A stretch of 64,000 bases of DNA from NCBI GenBank assembly GCA_951406725.2, contig OX597824.1:83886001-83950000 (forward strand), given 5' to 3'. Both the position numbers and the translations under genes were made by a program. This DNA is from Octopus vulgaris (Eukaryota). Below are positions 13,336 to 27,400 of this stretch, piece by piece. Under the pieces are notes generated by a model, which saw nothing but the letters and a program-made list of their open reading frames with translations, made no database searches and was not told the DNA's origin. How positions within the stretch are numbered: the first letter of the stretch is position 1; each line of letters begins with the position of its first letter.

Positions 13336-14151
13336 CAATAGTAATAATAATAATTATTATAATAATAATTAATAGTAATAATAATAATGGCTTGAAATTT
13401 TAACATGGAGCCAGTAGGTTTTTGAGGGGAGGGAGAAGTCAATTACACCAACCCCAGTACTTGACTGGTATTTTATTTTTATTGACTCAGGAGGGATAAA
13501 CGACAAAGTCGGCCTTAAAGAGATTTGAACTCAAAACGTAAAGAGCCAGAACAAATATCACACAGCATTTTTTTCTCTGACATTCTAATGATTCTGTCAG
13601 CCCATTGCCTTATCACTGATTGTGGTGATGATGAGGAGAAGAAGGATGGTGGTGGTGGTGATGATGATGATGTAGTTTGATAGATGATGACAGTGTATTC
13701 TGGTTTCTGTATAGATTCAGAATAAGATAGAGGCATCATCCCCATTTCTCATCAATTCAGAATTTATTTATGACGTTTATTTCATTTTTTTTTTCTTTTT
13801 TGTTATAAGAGGTCAAAGTTTATGGTGATTTGTAACAAAAGATTTGTTAATGAATGTCGTTGACACCTGCTTTGACAATTTTTGAATTCATGAATTCACC
13901 AATGGTCGTTAACATCAATTTTGAGTTCTTAAAACACCTTCACAAAAAATGCTTTACCATACACACACACACATGCACACACACAGAGTACAGCACAAAA
14001 ATTATACAATAACACAATATTTCTTATTTCTTTCTATCAGTATTTGATACTCCACCACCACTATCACCATTCCACCACAACTCCACAAGACTTTGTCACG
14101 GTATCTCACTCTCTATGAATGATAGTGTGAGATACCACTCCCTCTCTTTCT

Positions 14152-14182
<31 letters not shown>

Positions 14183-14275
14183 ACTCCTCTTGATTTGGTG
14201 TGAAAATTTCCATATCAAAATAACGTATACAAAAATGATGGTAAATGGGAATTTAACAATAATATATGTGTGTAT

Positions 14276-14314
<39 letters not shown>

Positions 14315-14440
14315 TATCTCTCGGTAATCTCTATCTCTCCCTTCCTCTCTCTCACTCTCTCCCCCTCTCTTCATAATCAACTAACAACAGCAACAGTTTC
14401 CAGTTAAATAACCATGTGGGTGTGTATATATATATATATG

Positions 14441-14508
<68 letters not shown>

Positions 14509-14825
14509 TATATATATATATTGTGTGTTTGTGTGTGTCATATGAGCTGAAACTTTTGAATATGAAATGATTGTAATATGATACACAAACATTTTTCAAA
14601 TTATGTCTTTTATTTTCAATAATTTATTTTGAGTTTCTGTAAAAATTTTCAGTTTTTATTTCTCTTTGTTATATAAATAGAGACAAGCTTGGATTTGCTT
14701 TTAAGAAACTTGCTTTGCGACTGTGTTGTTTCAAGTTCAGCCCACGTTGAGCAAGTCTTGTCTACTGTAACCCTGGGCTGTCCAAAGCCTTGTGAGTGAT
14801 TTTGGTAGGCAGAAACTGTGTGGAA

Positions 14826-15055
14826 GGCGTCAAGCTGGCAGAATCGTTAGCACGGCCGGACGAAATGCTTAGTGTTATTTTGTCTGCCACTACATTCTGA
14901 GTTCAAATTCCACCAAGGTTGACTTTGCCTTTCATCCTTTCGGGGTCGATTAAATAAGTACCAGTTACGCACCGGAGTCGATATAATCGACTTAATCCAT
15001 TTGTCTGTCCTTTTGTTCCCTCTGTGTTTAGCCCCTTGTGGGCAATAAAGAAATA
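14826..15055 (+). mobile_element. SINE family B nested in a decayed family A SINE
   Basis: TSD AGAAACTGTGTGGAA at 14811-14825 and 15056-15070. Confidence 0.85.
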
Positions 15056-15216
15056 AGAAACTGTGTGGAAACATGATCTTTCTATTTGTCTATCTGTGTG
15101 TATATGTGTGTGTGTGTATCCATCCATCTGTCCATACATACACACACACATACATACATACAGACAGACAGACAACGAAAGACAGAAGATGGAATATATG
15201 ACAATTTATTAATAGC

Positions 15217-15318
15217 CACAACAATTGTTTCGACACATCTAGCATCGATTCCTCTTGGGTGGGACACTCAACAACTGGTTCAGGAGCATCTGGTGGTACA
15301 GATGTATCTCGCCAGGTG
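15217..15318 (-). ncRNA. Hammerhead-like motif with long stem-II insert (family 1, copy 1)
   Basis: Minus strand CAC-CTGGCGA-GATACATCT...(insert)...AGATGTGTC-GAAAC-AATT-GTT-GTG, followed by AATAAA. A6 is changed to G. Confidence 0.6.
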
Positions 15319-15734
15319 ATAAATAAATATAACTCGTGAAAACGACTGTTCCGCAATGTAGCTTTCCGTTTTGTAGAGAGAAAAGCAGTCAGACGGAGGA
15401 AATATTTTCATTTATATAGAAGATCAAAAATAAAATCATAGATGACAAAAAGAGAAGCTTTGTGTTGATAGTGACTTTGAAGTTTCAACCTAAAGAATAG
15501 CAGGCTGAAACTTTGAAGTCACTGTCAACAAAATTTATTGTAAAAGAATAACGTGTGCGTGTGTATGTGTATGCATGTGTGTGTGCATACATGTGTATGT
15601 ATATATATAGTGTGTGAGTATGTATATATATATATGTGTATGTATATATAATGTATATATGTCATATGTATGTGTGCATAAATATATATATATATACATC
15701 TAAACTAATTATGACTTAATTTTCCTCTCACACC

Positions 15735-15786
15735 GTCTCCGATGAAGAGATATTATTAATTAATATCCTAGAAACAGCTGTAAGAC
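15735..15786 (+). ncRNA. Minimal type-I hammerhead ribozyme-like motif (core CCGAUGA)
   Basis: GTCT-CCGATGA-agaGATATTA ttaat TAATATCcta-GAAAC-AGCT-GTA-AGAC. Stem I GTCT/AGAC, palindromic stem III ACAGCTGT. Confidence 0.65.
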
Positions 15787-15852
15787 CTTTCATCTATAAA
15801 TGCTCTAATATCTATACAGCCTTGGTTTTTTTATCTTGTTACGCAAAAAATT

Positions 15853-15888
<36 letters not shown>

Positions 15889-16185
15889 CAATGGGCCTCC
15901 TCACATTTTCTATCTCCTAAATCCACTCACAAGGAATTGGTTAGCCCACCCAGCTCTAATGCAGGAGACACTTGCCCAAGGTGTCATGCTGTGGAACTCT
16001 GAATATGAAACCAGGTGATTCCGAAGTGAGCTTCTTAACTACGCAACCATACCTGCTCTTAAGTTTCTCATAATTTCCTTCATGCATTTCAAAGATGAAA
16101 TATATAGCAGCCAGAGTTCTTATTGAACGATTGATGGCAATACATCATTGCACCAAGCCAATCTTGTGTCTCTTCTGTTTTCCAG

Positions 16186-16358
16186 GTGGCTGAGGAGACA
16201 GAAAAGAAAATTAATGCCTCAAGAGCTGGTTATCGACCAATTGCTAAACACTCTTCGACACTCTTCTTCTCCATTGCTGATCTTCCAAACATCGATCCTA
16301 TGTACCAATACTCTCTCACCTGGTTCGTCAACCTCTATATTACATCAATCCATGACAG
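16186..16358 (+). CDS. DNAH12: DNAH12-like internal exon c
   Basis: Acceptor ttttccag|. VAEETEKKINASRAGYRPIAKHSSTLFFSIADLPNIDPMYQYSLTWFVNLYITSIHD, with the dynein hallmark DPMYQYSL.WF. Donor AG|gtaggt. Confidence 0.95.
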
Positions 16359-16814
16359 GTAGGTTCAAGGACAATATGCTTTATGACATTTGTTTCAACT
16401 CGTTATGTTCTGAGTTAAAACTCCACAAAAATTTACTTTTCCTTTTATCCTTTTAGGGTTGATAAAAACAGGGCCCAGTCAAGTGCCGGAATCAAAGTAA
16501 ATGACTTGCCTGTCCCTGCTAGAAAATTCTACTGGCTTTTTGCCAAAGTATAAAACAAATATTAATATTCTTTTCTACTCTAGGCGCAAGGCCCAAAATT
16601 TTGGGGGAGGGGACCCAGACAATTAGATCGACCCCAGTATGCAACTGGTACTTAATTTATCGACTCCGAAAGGGTGAAAGGCAAAGTCGACCTTGGTGGA
16701 ATTTGAACTCAGAACGTAAAGACAGGCAAAATACCGCTAAACATTTTGCCCGAGATGCTAATGCTTCTGCCAGCTTGCCGCCTTATTATTAATATTATCA
16801 TTTTGCTTTTGCAG

Positions 16815-16955
16815 TAATAAATCAAAGATCCTGGAGAAGCGTCTTCGTTACCTGTCCGAACATTTCACCTACAACCTCTATTGCAATGTCTGTCGGTCAT
16901 TATTTGAGAAAGACAAGTTGCTCTTCTCATTCATTTTAACCACCAAACTACTATT
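16815..16955 (+). CDS. DNAH12: DNAH12-like internal exon d
   Basis: Acceptor ttttgcag|[48 protein letters not shown], with the hallmark [14 protein letters not shown]. Donor TT|gtaagt. Confidence 0.95.
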
Positions 16956-18064
16956 GTAAGTAAACACATTTTCTATTGAATTACCATTGTGTTTGATGTT
17001 TAGTCGTGGTGGTGGTGGTGATGGTGGAGGGGTAGAATGGCTGAGCAGAGAAGTTCTTGGGTTACTTTCCTTCGGGTCAAGAAATCAAACATAAAGGCAT
17101 TTGTGAGGTAGAAGACTGATTTTAAATTATTTCAATTTACTATCACTACCTGGGCTTTTCAGAGAAATTAGGCAAAATGGAACAAGCATGCTTTCGGGTT
17201 TCTTTCTCATCTCAATTCTTTTCAAAATTCAAGAAGGGCCGTGGAGGATGTTGTTTTTTTTTTCAAGTGTGGGTGCCCAGGAGATAGTCTCAACACCCTC
17301 TACGACTCTCCAGCTTGAACCAGTATACTGACTGAATCCCACATCTTATAGGCCCTGACCCCTACCATCAACATCATAATCATCACCATCTGTGCCAATG
17401 ACAAAGCCACTATTTGGCTGCTCAACCTACTAGAATATTCCTTGTTCAGATTTTTACCAACGTCACCTTACTGGCACCTGTGCCGGTGGCATGTGAAAAA
17501 AGATTCGAGCAAGGTCATTGCCAGTACCACCTGACTGGCATGTAAAAAACACCCACTACACTCTCGGAGTGGTTGGTGTTAGGACGGGTATCCAGCTGTA
17601 GAAATTCTCCCCGATCAAGATTGGAGTCTGGTGCAGCCATCTGGTTCAGCAGCCTTCAGTCAAAATCGTCCAACCCATGCTAGCATGGAAAGTGGATGTT
17701 AAATGATGATGATGATGATGATGTGAGCTGCACAGTAACCTCACAGTGCTGGTGATATGAATATAACACAAAGAACATGTTGTAAAGTGGTTGGTGTTAG
17801 AAAGAGTATGTCCAATGCAGAAACCATGCTAGAGCAGACACTGGAACGCGATGCAGTCCTCACTAGCAAAAGCATTGATGCAATGATCGATTATATAATC
17901 GGGTGGTTGGTGTTAGGAAAAGCATCCAACTGTAAAAAACTTGCCAAAACAGACACAGTAGCCTGGGGTAGTCTTCTTCCTGGCTAGTTCCTGTCAAATC
18001 ATCCAACCCATGCCAGCATGGAAGGCGGATGTTAAATGATGACGACAACAACGATGATGACTGC

Positions 18065-18835
18065 ACTCCTCTTAAGAATTGATAAATCTCATACTGGCGT
18101 GCACAGATCAGAAGAAGACAATGAATACAGAAGCAGTCGAAGACTTCCAACTTCTGGAGATCAGCAACACACTTTGGCTGATCTCCAGAAGATGGCATTC
18201 TTTGACTGCATATCTCAGACTGTATTTCAAATGACAACTTTACGCCTGCTGTTGTCTCTCACCTCTTGAGGGAACTCTTCCGACAAGGAGACTACGGTGA
18301 TTTGGTCATGCATTGTGGCACCCCATGATGAACTCATCCAGTAGGTGATAGCACCAGACCCTCCTCTGCGTTGGCATAAGTGGGAAGTTGATCAGCTGAA
18401 GATCTGGTTCACAACAGTCAAAGCAGACATGGAGCTAATTTTCAGCCCTCGAGTCTTTGGCATTCGTCGTTGGAACTGGGAATAGCTTCAGCACACTGTA
18501 GAATCGACCACCGACAGATGTGCATGGACTGCTTTGACTCGTAACTCACACTGTGAATTTAATACGAGCCAGTTTGAGCCTTCCTGGATGAATGCCATTA
18601 CAAGACAAGACAAGTGCATAAATTACTCTGATTATTTTCAGCCCTCGAGTCTTTGGTATTTGTTGTTGGAATTGGGTATGGCTTCAACATATTCCAGAAT
18701 CAACCACCGACAGACTTGCATGAACTACTTTGACCTGTAACACGGTGAACTCAATAGGAGCCAGCTTGACCCTTCCAGGGTGAATCTCCAGTGCATACAC
18801 AACAAGACAAGTGCATAAATCACTCTGATTATTTT
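18065..18835 (+). mobile_element. Decayed RTE-like LINE 3' fragment with ~190-bp tandem duplication
   Basis: Remnant RRLR*FGHALW motif near 18286-18320. 18440-18635 is repeated at 18636-18835. Confidence 0.5.
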
Positions 18836-19627
18836 CTCCAAGTTCGTGGTCTCTTTCTCTAATTGAATCATTAATAAATATTATTGATTGCAAATTATGG
18901 CATAAGGCCAGTAATTTCAGGTGCTGTGGGTAAATTGATTACATCAGACTCCTGTGATCATCTGGTACTTATTTTATTGACCCTAAAAGGATGAAAAGCA
19001 TAAAGATGGGCGAAATGCCACTAAGCATTTTGCCTGTAGGAGTGGCTGTGTGGTAAGTAGCTTGCTTACCAACCACATGGTTCCGGGTTCAGTCCCAATG
19101 CGTGGCAACTTGGTCAAGTGTCTTCTACTATAGCCTTGGGCTGACCAAAGCCTTGTGAGTGGATTTGGTAGACAGAAACTGAAAGAAGCCCGTCATATAT
19201 ATGTATGTATATATATATGAGTATGTGTGTGTGTCTGTGTTTGTCTCCCCAACATCGCTTGACAACTAATGCTGGTGTGTTTATGTCCCTGTAACGTAGC
19301 GGTTTGGCAAAAGAGACTGACAGAATAAGTACTAGGCTTACAAAGAATAAGTCCTGAGATCAATTTGCTTGACTAAGAGTGGTGCTCCAGCATGACCACA
19401 GTCAAATGACTGAAACAAGTAAAAGAGTAATATTACCAAATTCTAATCTATTGCTTGTCCTTCTATCATACATCAGCCCCTTTGGCATCTGGCATAATGC
19501 CATCCCCTCTCAAATACTTCCTCCCAGTTAGTCAAAGGAGCTCGATACTGGAACATGGTGCAGTGCTTGGATCCATCAGATCCTATCAAAATGTCCAATC
19601 CAAGCCAGCATGGAACATGGGCTCTAA

Positions 19628-19671
<44 letters not shown>

Positions 19672-20199
19672 AGTGATAGTGATGATGGTGATAGAGCTGG
19701 AGATATTTTGTAATAAATTATTGGTTGTTTTGATCTTGTCTAGATCTTGTCATGGGACAGACATACATATCTATTCATAAATATCTCTTCTGAGAACTTT
19801 CAAATAAATAATTGTATTTTTTTTTTTTTACTTTTTATAAATCTGACCTTTGAACTTTACCAGTCCTGGTTGTAAAAGTGCATCTGTTGTATTAAGTCAG
19901 CTCACAACTCTTTCATTTTGCTTTTCTTTGTTTCTTTGTTTCTTTTTTTTTTTTGCAAGAAAATTACTTTGTTTTTGATGTTGTTGTTGTTGTATACATT
20001 CAGTCTTAATGCATGTTGTTACAAGACAGCGGTGTTTGAGTAAAGATTTTCTAAAGCCCTTTTTAACTATTTTATTGCACATGTTTTTTCTTCTTTAAAT
20101 GGTCATTGACATTTATGATCTGGCAAAGTATTTATATATTTTTTTCTAGTTTGTTAAAAAAAAAAAACTTATGCATTATATATCGTTTCTTATAGTGTT

Positions 20200-20240
<41 letters not shown>

Positions 20241-20329
20241 TTAACATCAGTGATGATGATGATTTTAACATCAACAATGTGAAAATCATCTAATAAAATT
20301 TAAGATATCTTCATATCTGCCTACACACC

Positions 20330-20700
20330 GCCCTTACTTTAGCAATTCTACCAATACTCCACCTTTGTTTTAGTAATTCTGACAATACACTATCCTTGCT
20401 TTCACAATTCTGCCAATGCACCACCATTGCTCTAGCAATTCTGCCAATGCACCACCTTTGATCTAACAATTCTGGCAATACAGCACCCTTGCTCCAGCAA
20501 TTCCACCAATGCATCACCCTTGCTCAAACAATTCTGCCAATACACCACCCTTGCTTAAACAATTCTGTCAATGCACCACCCTTACTCTAACAACTTTGTC
20601 AATACACCACCCTTGTTTTAGCAATTCTGTGAATATACCACCCTTGCTTTAGCAATTCTGCCAATACAGTAACCTTGCTCTAATAATTCTGCCTATATAC
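20330..20700. repeat. ~31-bp minisatellite, about 12 copies
   Basis: Unit CACCACCCTTGCTTTAGCAATTCTGCCAATA with variants. Confidence 0.85.
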
Positions 20701-21134
20701 CCTCTTCAAGACACATAATATACATTTAATGTACTATCGTTATTATAGAAAAATGAAATGTTAATTTAATGATATGATATTTTCATGACACATCCATTAG
20801 TTTCAACAGTACATATACAAGTGTAGTGTACACTTGAGTGAAATTCCTCTCTCCTTTATTATATATACATATATCCGAACATAGCAGATAACAGTTAACC
20901 TTTGGGTGTGATTTGGACCCTGCTGTGTCCACCACTCTGATTGGTTGGTATTGGCACAATTTGTTTCTTATACTATCATACCAATATGCAACCTAACCAA
21001 TTGCAGCCTCCAAATAGATCACATGAGACAGTCTGTTCACAATCCAATTTGAGCCTACTGTTATCTATAAAAACTCAACTTCTCCTTGTCCCGAAGGATT
21101 TATGATGACCCCCTATCTATCTAATCTATCTATA

Positions 21135-21181
<47 letters not shown>

Positions 21182-21519
21182 GTATGCATGTATGAATGCA
21201 TGCATGAATTGTAATCTCTGACTCTTAATACCTATAATAAATGCATATGCATGCATGTGTACATGTATGTATGTGAGTAGGAGGGGTGAAGATATATGTA
21301 TGTGTATGCACAAGCATATAATTGTGGCGAAAATCCATGAGATATCCTAAACAAAACATCCTATTGATACACTTTCAAAGGATTCTCCACACCCTGCTCT
21401 TTCTGTATGTTATCTCAGTAGTAACAGAAGAAAACCACGAACATAGCCTCACCATCCTCCGCATCTTCTTATATCCCTTTCCCCATCTCCCATTACTTAG
21501 CTGTTTCCCCTTCACAATT

Positions 21520-21579
21520 TTTATTGAATATATATTATCCAACGGATTTCATTAGAATTGGAATGTTCTTTCTAGATTA
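21520..21579 (-). CDS. Candidate nested gene terminal exon (stop codon, then AATAAA)
   Basis: Minus strand gtttcttgcattttcag|TAATCTAGAAAGAACATTCCAATTCTAA. Stop is TAG at 21574-21572 or TAA at 21554-21552 depending on frame. AATAAA at 21525-21520; the UTR may extend further. Confidence 0.45.
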
Positions 21580-22210
21580 CTGAAAATGCAAGAAACTATG
21601 ACATTTTTCATTCAAATTATATAATTTTTCCAAACTATTAACCTCGTCTTAAATGTGTGTAAATGCATGTGTTCGAGCATGTGTGTGTGTATCGATGTGT
21701 TGTGCATCTGTGTGTGTGTTTGTGTGCATGTGGGTTTGTATGTGTGTTGGTCAGTCCCTCCATAGTGGGACTGAACCTGATACTATATGGCTGCAGAGTG
21801 AGCTCAACTATACAGCCATACCTGCATCTATGTGAGAGCTATATGTTAACTGTCTTCTGATTGGATGGGCATGGCCGTATTAAGACCATATTGATATTAC
21901 TTGTATTGATGGTCAAGATGATGTGTAGTGTAACCATCTAATATCAACTCATATCAGACAGCTAAAATAATACATATAATGTGCCAGTTGGAAATGAGAG
22001 AGGCACACCCAGTAAACTCTCGAAGTGGTTGGCGTTAGGAAGGGCATCCAGCTGTAGAAACTCTGCCAGATCAGATTGGAGCCTGGTGCAGCCATCTGGT
22101 TCACCAGTCCTCAGTCAAATCGTCCAACCCATGCTAGCATGGAAGGCGGACGTTAAACGATGATGATGATGACAACTGAATAGAAGGCTTATGAAAGATT
22201 TATTGATATA

Positions 22211-22588
22211 CTAGCAGTATCGCTCGGCATTGCTCGGGTTTGTTTCGACCCTTTAGAATTGGAATTTTGCATTATGTAGCTTGTTATTCTCTTTAAGTGA
22301 ACATTTTTCTGGTTGAAATACACCGAAAAATGGTGCCACAGCAGTCAAAAAATCGTAAAAAAAAAAAGGGATTTTCATAGAAAAAATGCACCTTTTTTAT
22401 GTAAATAATTTTTGGTGTTAACATTGTCCGATTTGAATTTTTTCTTCTGCGGAATGAAGAGCAAGCCTTCTTCTATCATACTCTCTATTTTGGTCAACTT
22501 GCACCGCAGAGTCTCAGAGGAGAAAGTGTTAGTTGAAGGCTACCAAACCTGCCACACACAGACAACTTCAGCTTTATATATAGAGAGA
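22211..22588 (-). mobile_element. Non-autonomous Helitron; second copy 25988-26379 (-)
   Basis: Minus strand TCTCTCTATATATAAAGC ... CCCGAGCAATGCCGAG CGATACTGCTAG; two closely similar copies. Confidence 0.8.
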
Positions 22589-23099
22589 TTTACATGCATC
22601 TGTGTGGGTTGTATGTTTGCTGTTAACCATGGCAAAGTTAATTTGAGGAGCAGGCTGTTCTGTTGATCGGATCAACTGGAACCCTCGTCATCATAACCGA
22701 TGGTGTACCAGTCGTTTTTATTGGCACTGGAAGGAAATGCAAACCTAGGTGGGTTTGAACTCATGATGTAAAGGGCTGTGATAAAATATAATACACTGGT
22801 GTGCTACTCATTCTGCCAATCTGCTGTCATCCTGAATACTGAGAGAGAGGGAGAGGGAGAGAGAGAGAGACAGACAGACAGATGGAGAGAGGGAAGGAAA
22901 GAGGGGGCAAGAGAGAGAGAGAGAGAGAGAGGCAGACAAATACACACACACACACATAGATAGATACCACAAGTAGGAGACAACCAGTAAAAGACGTAGA
23001 GATAGATATTGAGAATCAAGTTGAAGAGAGAGTGGGGGGAGAGGGAGAGTGAGACAGTGAGATAAGCATACAAGGGGAGAGCAGAGTTGAACAAAACCT

Positions 23100-23525
<426 letters not shown>

Positions 23526-23886
23526 TGAGAAAGAGAGAGAGATAGTGTGAGACAATGTCAGTGGGAGGAAGGAGGAGAGGCAGAAAGAGAGAGACGTGGA
23601 AGAAGACATAGGCCACAAGAAGTCAGATAGACAGACAAGGACAGAAAGACATGGCAGAAGCACCAGCATTGAGGGAGGAGAAGAAGGAAGGGGAGACGAG
23701 GGGCAGGGGGGAAAAATTGAGGAATGGAAGGAGAACAGGTGGAAACAGAAGACTTAACAGGAGGTGGGAGGAGGGGAGTGAGAAGATGTAGGAGGAAAGA
23801 AATTGAAGGTATGAAAATGTCATGAACTAGACTATAAAAGACACACATTTCCCAACAAGACACTGTCATGTGACAGTTCTGTTTAC

Positions 23887-23911
23887 CATTTAGACATTGT
23901 GCAAAAATGTT
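23887..23911 (-). CDS. Candidate nested micro-exon (25 nt)
   Basis: Minus strand poly-T tract tttttttttttacag|AACATTTTTGCACAATGTCTAAATG|gtaaac. Confidence 0.5.
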
Positions 23912-24093
23912 CTGTAAAAAAAAAAAAAAAAAATCTCCACTGGCTGCTTCCCCACCACCACCACCACCACCACCACCGCCACCACTGTTGTCACTTGGCG
24001 TATATATCTTTGTCTTCTGTGATAATGTATGATGGTATGATGCAAACTGAAGTCTCTCTTTCTCTTTATATATACATACATACATACATACAT

Positions 24094-24138
<45 letters not shown>

Positions 24139-24191
24139 TATAAAGATTATCTGTGTCTGTCTATATATCTATCTATCTATCCATTTGGATG

Positions 24192-24237
<46 letters not shown>

Positions 24238-24326
24238 CACATATATATACATAAATACAGATATATATATATATATATATAAAGATTATCTGTTTCTGTC
24301 TATCTATCTATCCATCCATTTGGCTG

Positions 24327-24403
<77 letters not shown>

Positions 24404-27400
24404 CAAGTGGTGTGTGTGTGTGTGTGTGTGTGTCTATCTATCTACCTATTTATATGTAGATATAGAGATAGATACATTGATAGATAAATAGATAGATAGA
24501 TAGTTAGACAGATAGATAGATGTAGGCACATACACAGACATGTGTATATGTATGTGAGTGTTGTGAATGTGTGTGTATGTGTGACCAACTATGTATATAA
24601 ATGTATGTATCTATAGGTATGTGTGCGATGATGGAATGAAGTACAGATGTATAAATGAATGGCTATAAGCATATATATGATTTTGAAGTGAGAACTGTGT
24701 ATACATATTTGTGTTGTGAGCACACACACACACACACACACACATACACACACATGCACATACATACACATATATGTAGGAAGAGGCACAGCTGGGTGGC
24801 TAAAAATGTTGCTTTGCAGCTACATAGTGTCTGGCTTAGCCTTACTGGTGACACCTTGGGCAAGTTCCTCTTTGCATAGAACCAGGCCTTCTGGGTGCAT
24901 TTAGTAGATAGATATTGAAAGGAGCTCATTGAGCCATTAGGTGTGTGTGTGTGTGTGCGCACGTGGGAGTATGTGTAAATATATGTGTGTACATCTTTGT
25001 GTTAGTGGTAATGTGTACAGTTGTGTGTGTGTGTATGAGGGGATATGTGTATGTCTGTGTGTGTGAGTGGGTGTGCATACGTCCATGTGTGGGAGTGTTT
25101 GTGCATATGTCTGTGTGTATGGTTGTGTGTGTGTGTGGAGATGGATGTGTGTATGTCTATGTGGGAGTGGATGTGTGTATGGTTGTGTGAATGGGTGTGT
25201 ACATCTATGGGAATGTGGGAGTATTTGTGTGAGTATGTGTGTGAGTGGATATGTGTATGTCTGTGTGTAGGGGAGTGTGTAAGGGTATGAGTGTACGTCT
25301 GTGTGTGAATGTATGTGTGTATGTCTGTGTGAGTGAATGCCTATGAATGTATGTATGTGTGAGGAGATCTGTGTACGTCTGTGTGTGTGTGCATGTGTGA
25401 GTGTACCTGTGTATGTTTGTGTATGAGTGTATGTGTGTACATCTGAGTGCCTGTCTGTGTGCGTGTGCACACACATACACACACACACACCCACACATAT
25501 TCTTGTATTCTTTTCTGTCTTGCAATTCACATGGCAACCTCACTGGTGTAGGTGGCAAGAAGCAAGCGCTCAGTACACTCTATAAAGTGTACCAAGTGCT
25601 ATTTTAAAAATTTCTTTGGTGTTAGGAATGGCACCCAGTAAAAACCATGCAAAAGATGACACCAGAGTTCAACGCAGCTCACTGGTTCTCTGTCAAACTG
25701 GTCAATCCAAGCCAGCATGGGAAGTGGACATTAGATGATTGGTGTTGTTGTTGGTGGTGGTGATGTATGCATGTATGTTAGTAAGTATGTATGCATGAAT
25801 GAATGAAAAATGAAGATAACAAGAATGATGGTTAGCAGTAGAGAAGAATGATGAATGCGAAGGCTGATTGATCACAAGTCTAATTGTTGCCATCCATCAT
25901 TACTGAAGTGATGAGCTGGGGATTAGAGGAAGAATTAAGAGCAAATAAGCGACAGAGACCCAGATGACCTCCACCTTTATCATTTTACGAGCAGTATCGC
26001 CTGGCGTTGCTCAGGTGTGTTTCGACCCTTTAGAATTGGAATTTTTGATAAGTAAAAATTTTGCATTATGTAGCTTGTTATTCTCTTTAGGTAAATATTT
26101 TTCTGGTTGAAATACACCAAAAAATGGCAACACAGCAGTCAAAAGTTTGTAAAAAATAGGGATTTTCATAGAAAAAAAGCACCTTTATGATGTAAATAAT
26201 TTTTGGTGTTAACATGGTCTGATTTGAAATTTTTCTTCTATGGAAGGAAGAGCAAGCCTTCTTCTATCATACTCTCAATTTTGGTCAACTTGCGCCGCAG
26301 GGTCTCAGAGGAGATAGTGTTAGTTGAAGGCTACCAAACCTGCCATACACAGACAACTTCAGCTTTATATATAGAGAGATGTATGTTTTTGCATACTACA
26401 TCTGTTCCAACTAATGGCTTTTGCACACTATACATCTGATACCCCTGATCCAGTTTTTCTCTCGGTGCACTTATATGCATGCTAATGTTGCACCTCTTGC
26501 ACAACCTTCATAATATGTTCGCCTCATTTCTTCCTAGTTTTGCATACCATCTGTATTCAAGGCTCATGTCTTCTTACTATCCAACGATTGCATTTCGTGC
26601 ACAAGAATCAGAACATTTATATACCAACATAAATGCTAACATTGCATATCTCACACATTCATCATAGGTTGTTCATTTCATTTTTTTCCAACTATGCATC
26701 AAGCATTATACAATATAGCCTTCACTTTGAGAAATGAAGCTTTTACAGCTAAGAGAAGTCATAATGGCAGAAGCTCCCCCCACCTCCACTTCATTTCTTA
26801 TGCTGACGACTATACTTTTGAAATACTTTTCTCTACAGCAAATTTAGTTACATTGGAAACAAAAGCCATCAGCTACTTCTTGGAAAACTTCAAAGCATTT
26901 CAAAGAATCAGTTTCATTGAGGAATCCAAGAAGTGACTTTGGATTTGGTTGTGCCACATTCTTGATGGCAATGTCTGCTAATTGTCAGGCATAGCTGTGT
27001 GCTGAGAATCTTGCTTCTCAGTTCAATCTCACTTTGTAGTACCTTGGGTAAACGTCTTCCACTGGAGCCCTAGGCCGACCAAAGTGAGTGGATATGGTAG
27101 GCAGAAACTGAAGATCATCTTATGTGCATGCATATGCACACACACGTATTACTCTCTTTTTACTTTCTTTTACTTGTTTCAGTCATTTGACTGCGGCCAT
27201 GCTGGAGCACCACCTTTAGTCAAGCAAATCGACCCCAGGACTTATTCTTTGTAAGCCTAGTACTTATTCTATCAGTCTCTTCTGCCAAACTGCTAAGTTA
27301 CGGGACATAAGCACACCAGCATCAGCTGTCCAGCAATGTTGGGGGGACAAATACACACACACACACATATTTATATATGACGGGCTTCTTTCAGTTTCCG

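Noticed and set aside
16148-16456. ORF-track proteins overlapping dynein exons (also 6368-6559 and 57683-57877)
   Set aside because: Wrong frame or strand relative to the conserved dynein reading frame.
20330-20700. Regular ~31-bp repeats resembling a CRISPR array
   Set aside because: Head-to-tail units without unique spacers, in a eukaryotic intron: a minisatellite.
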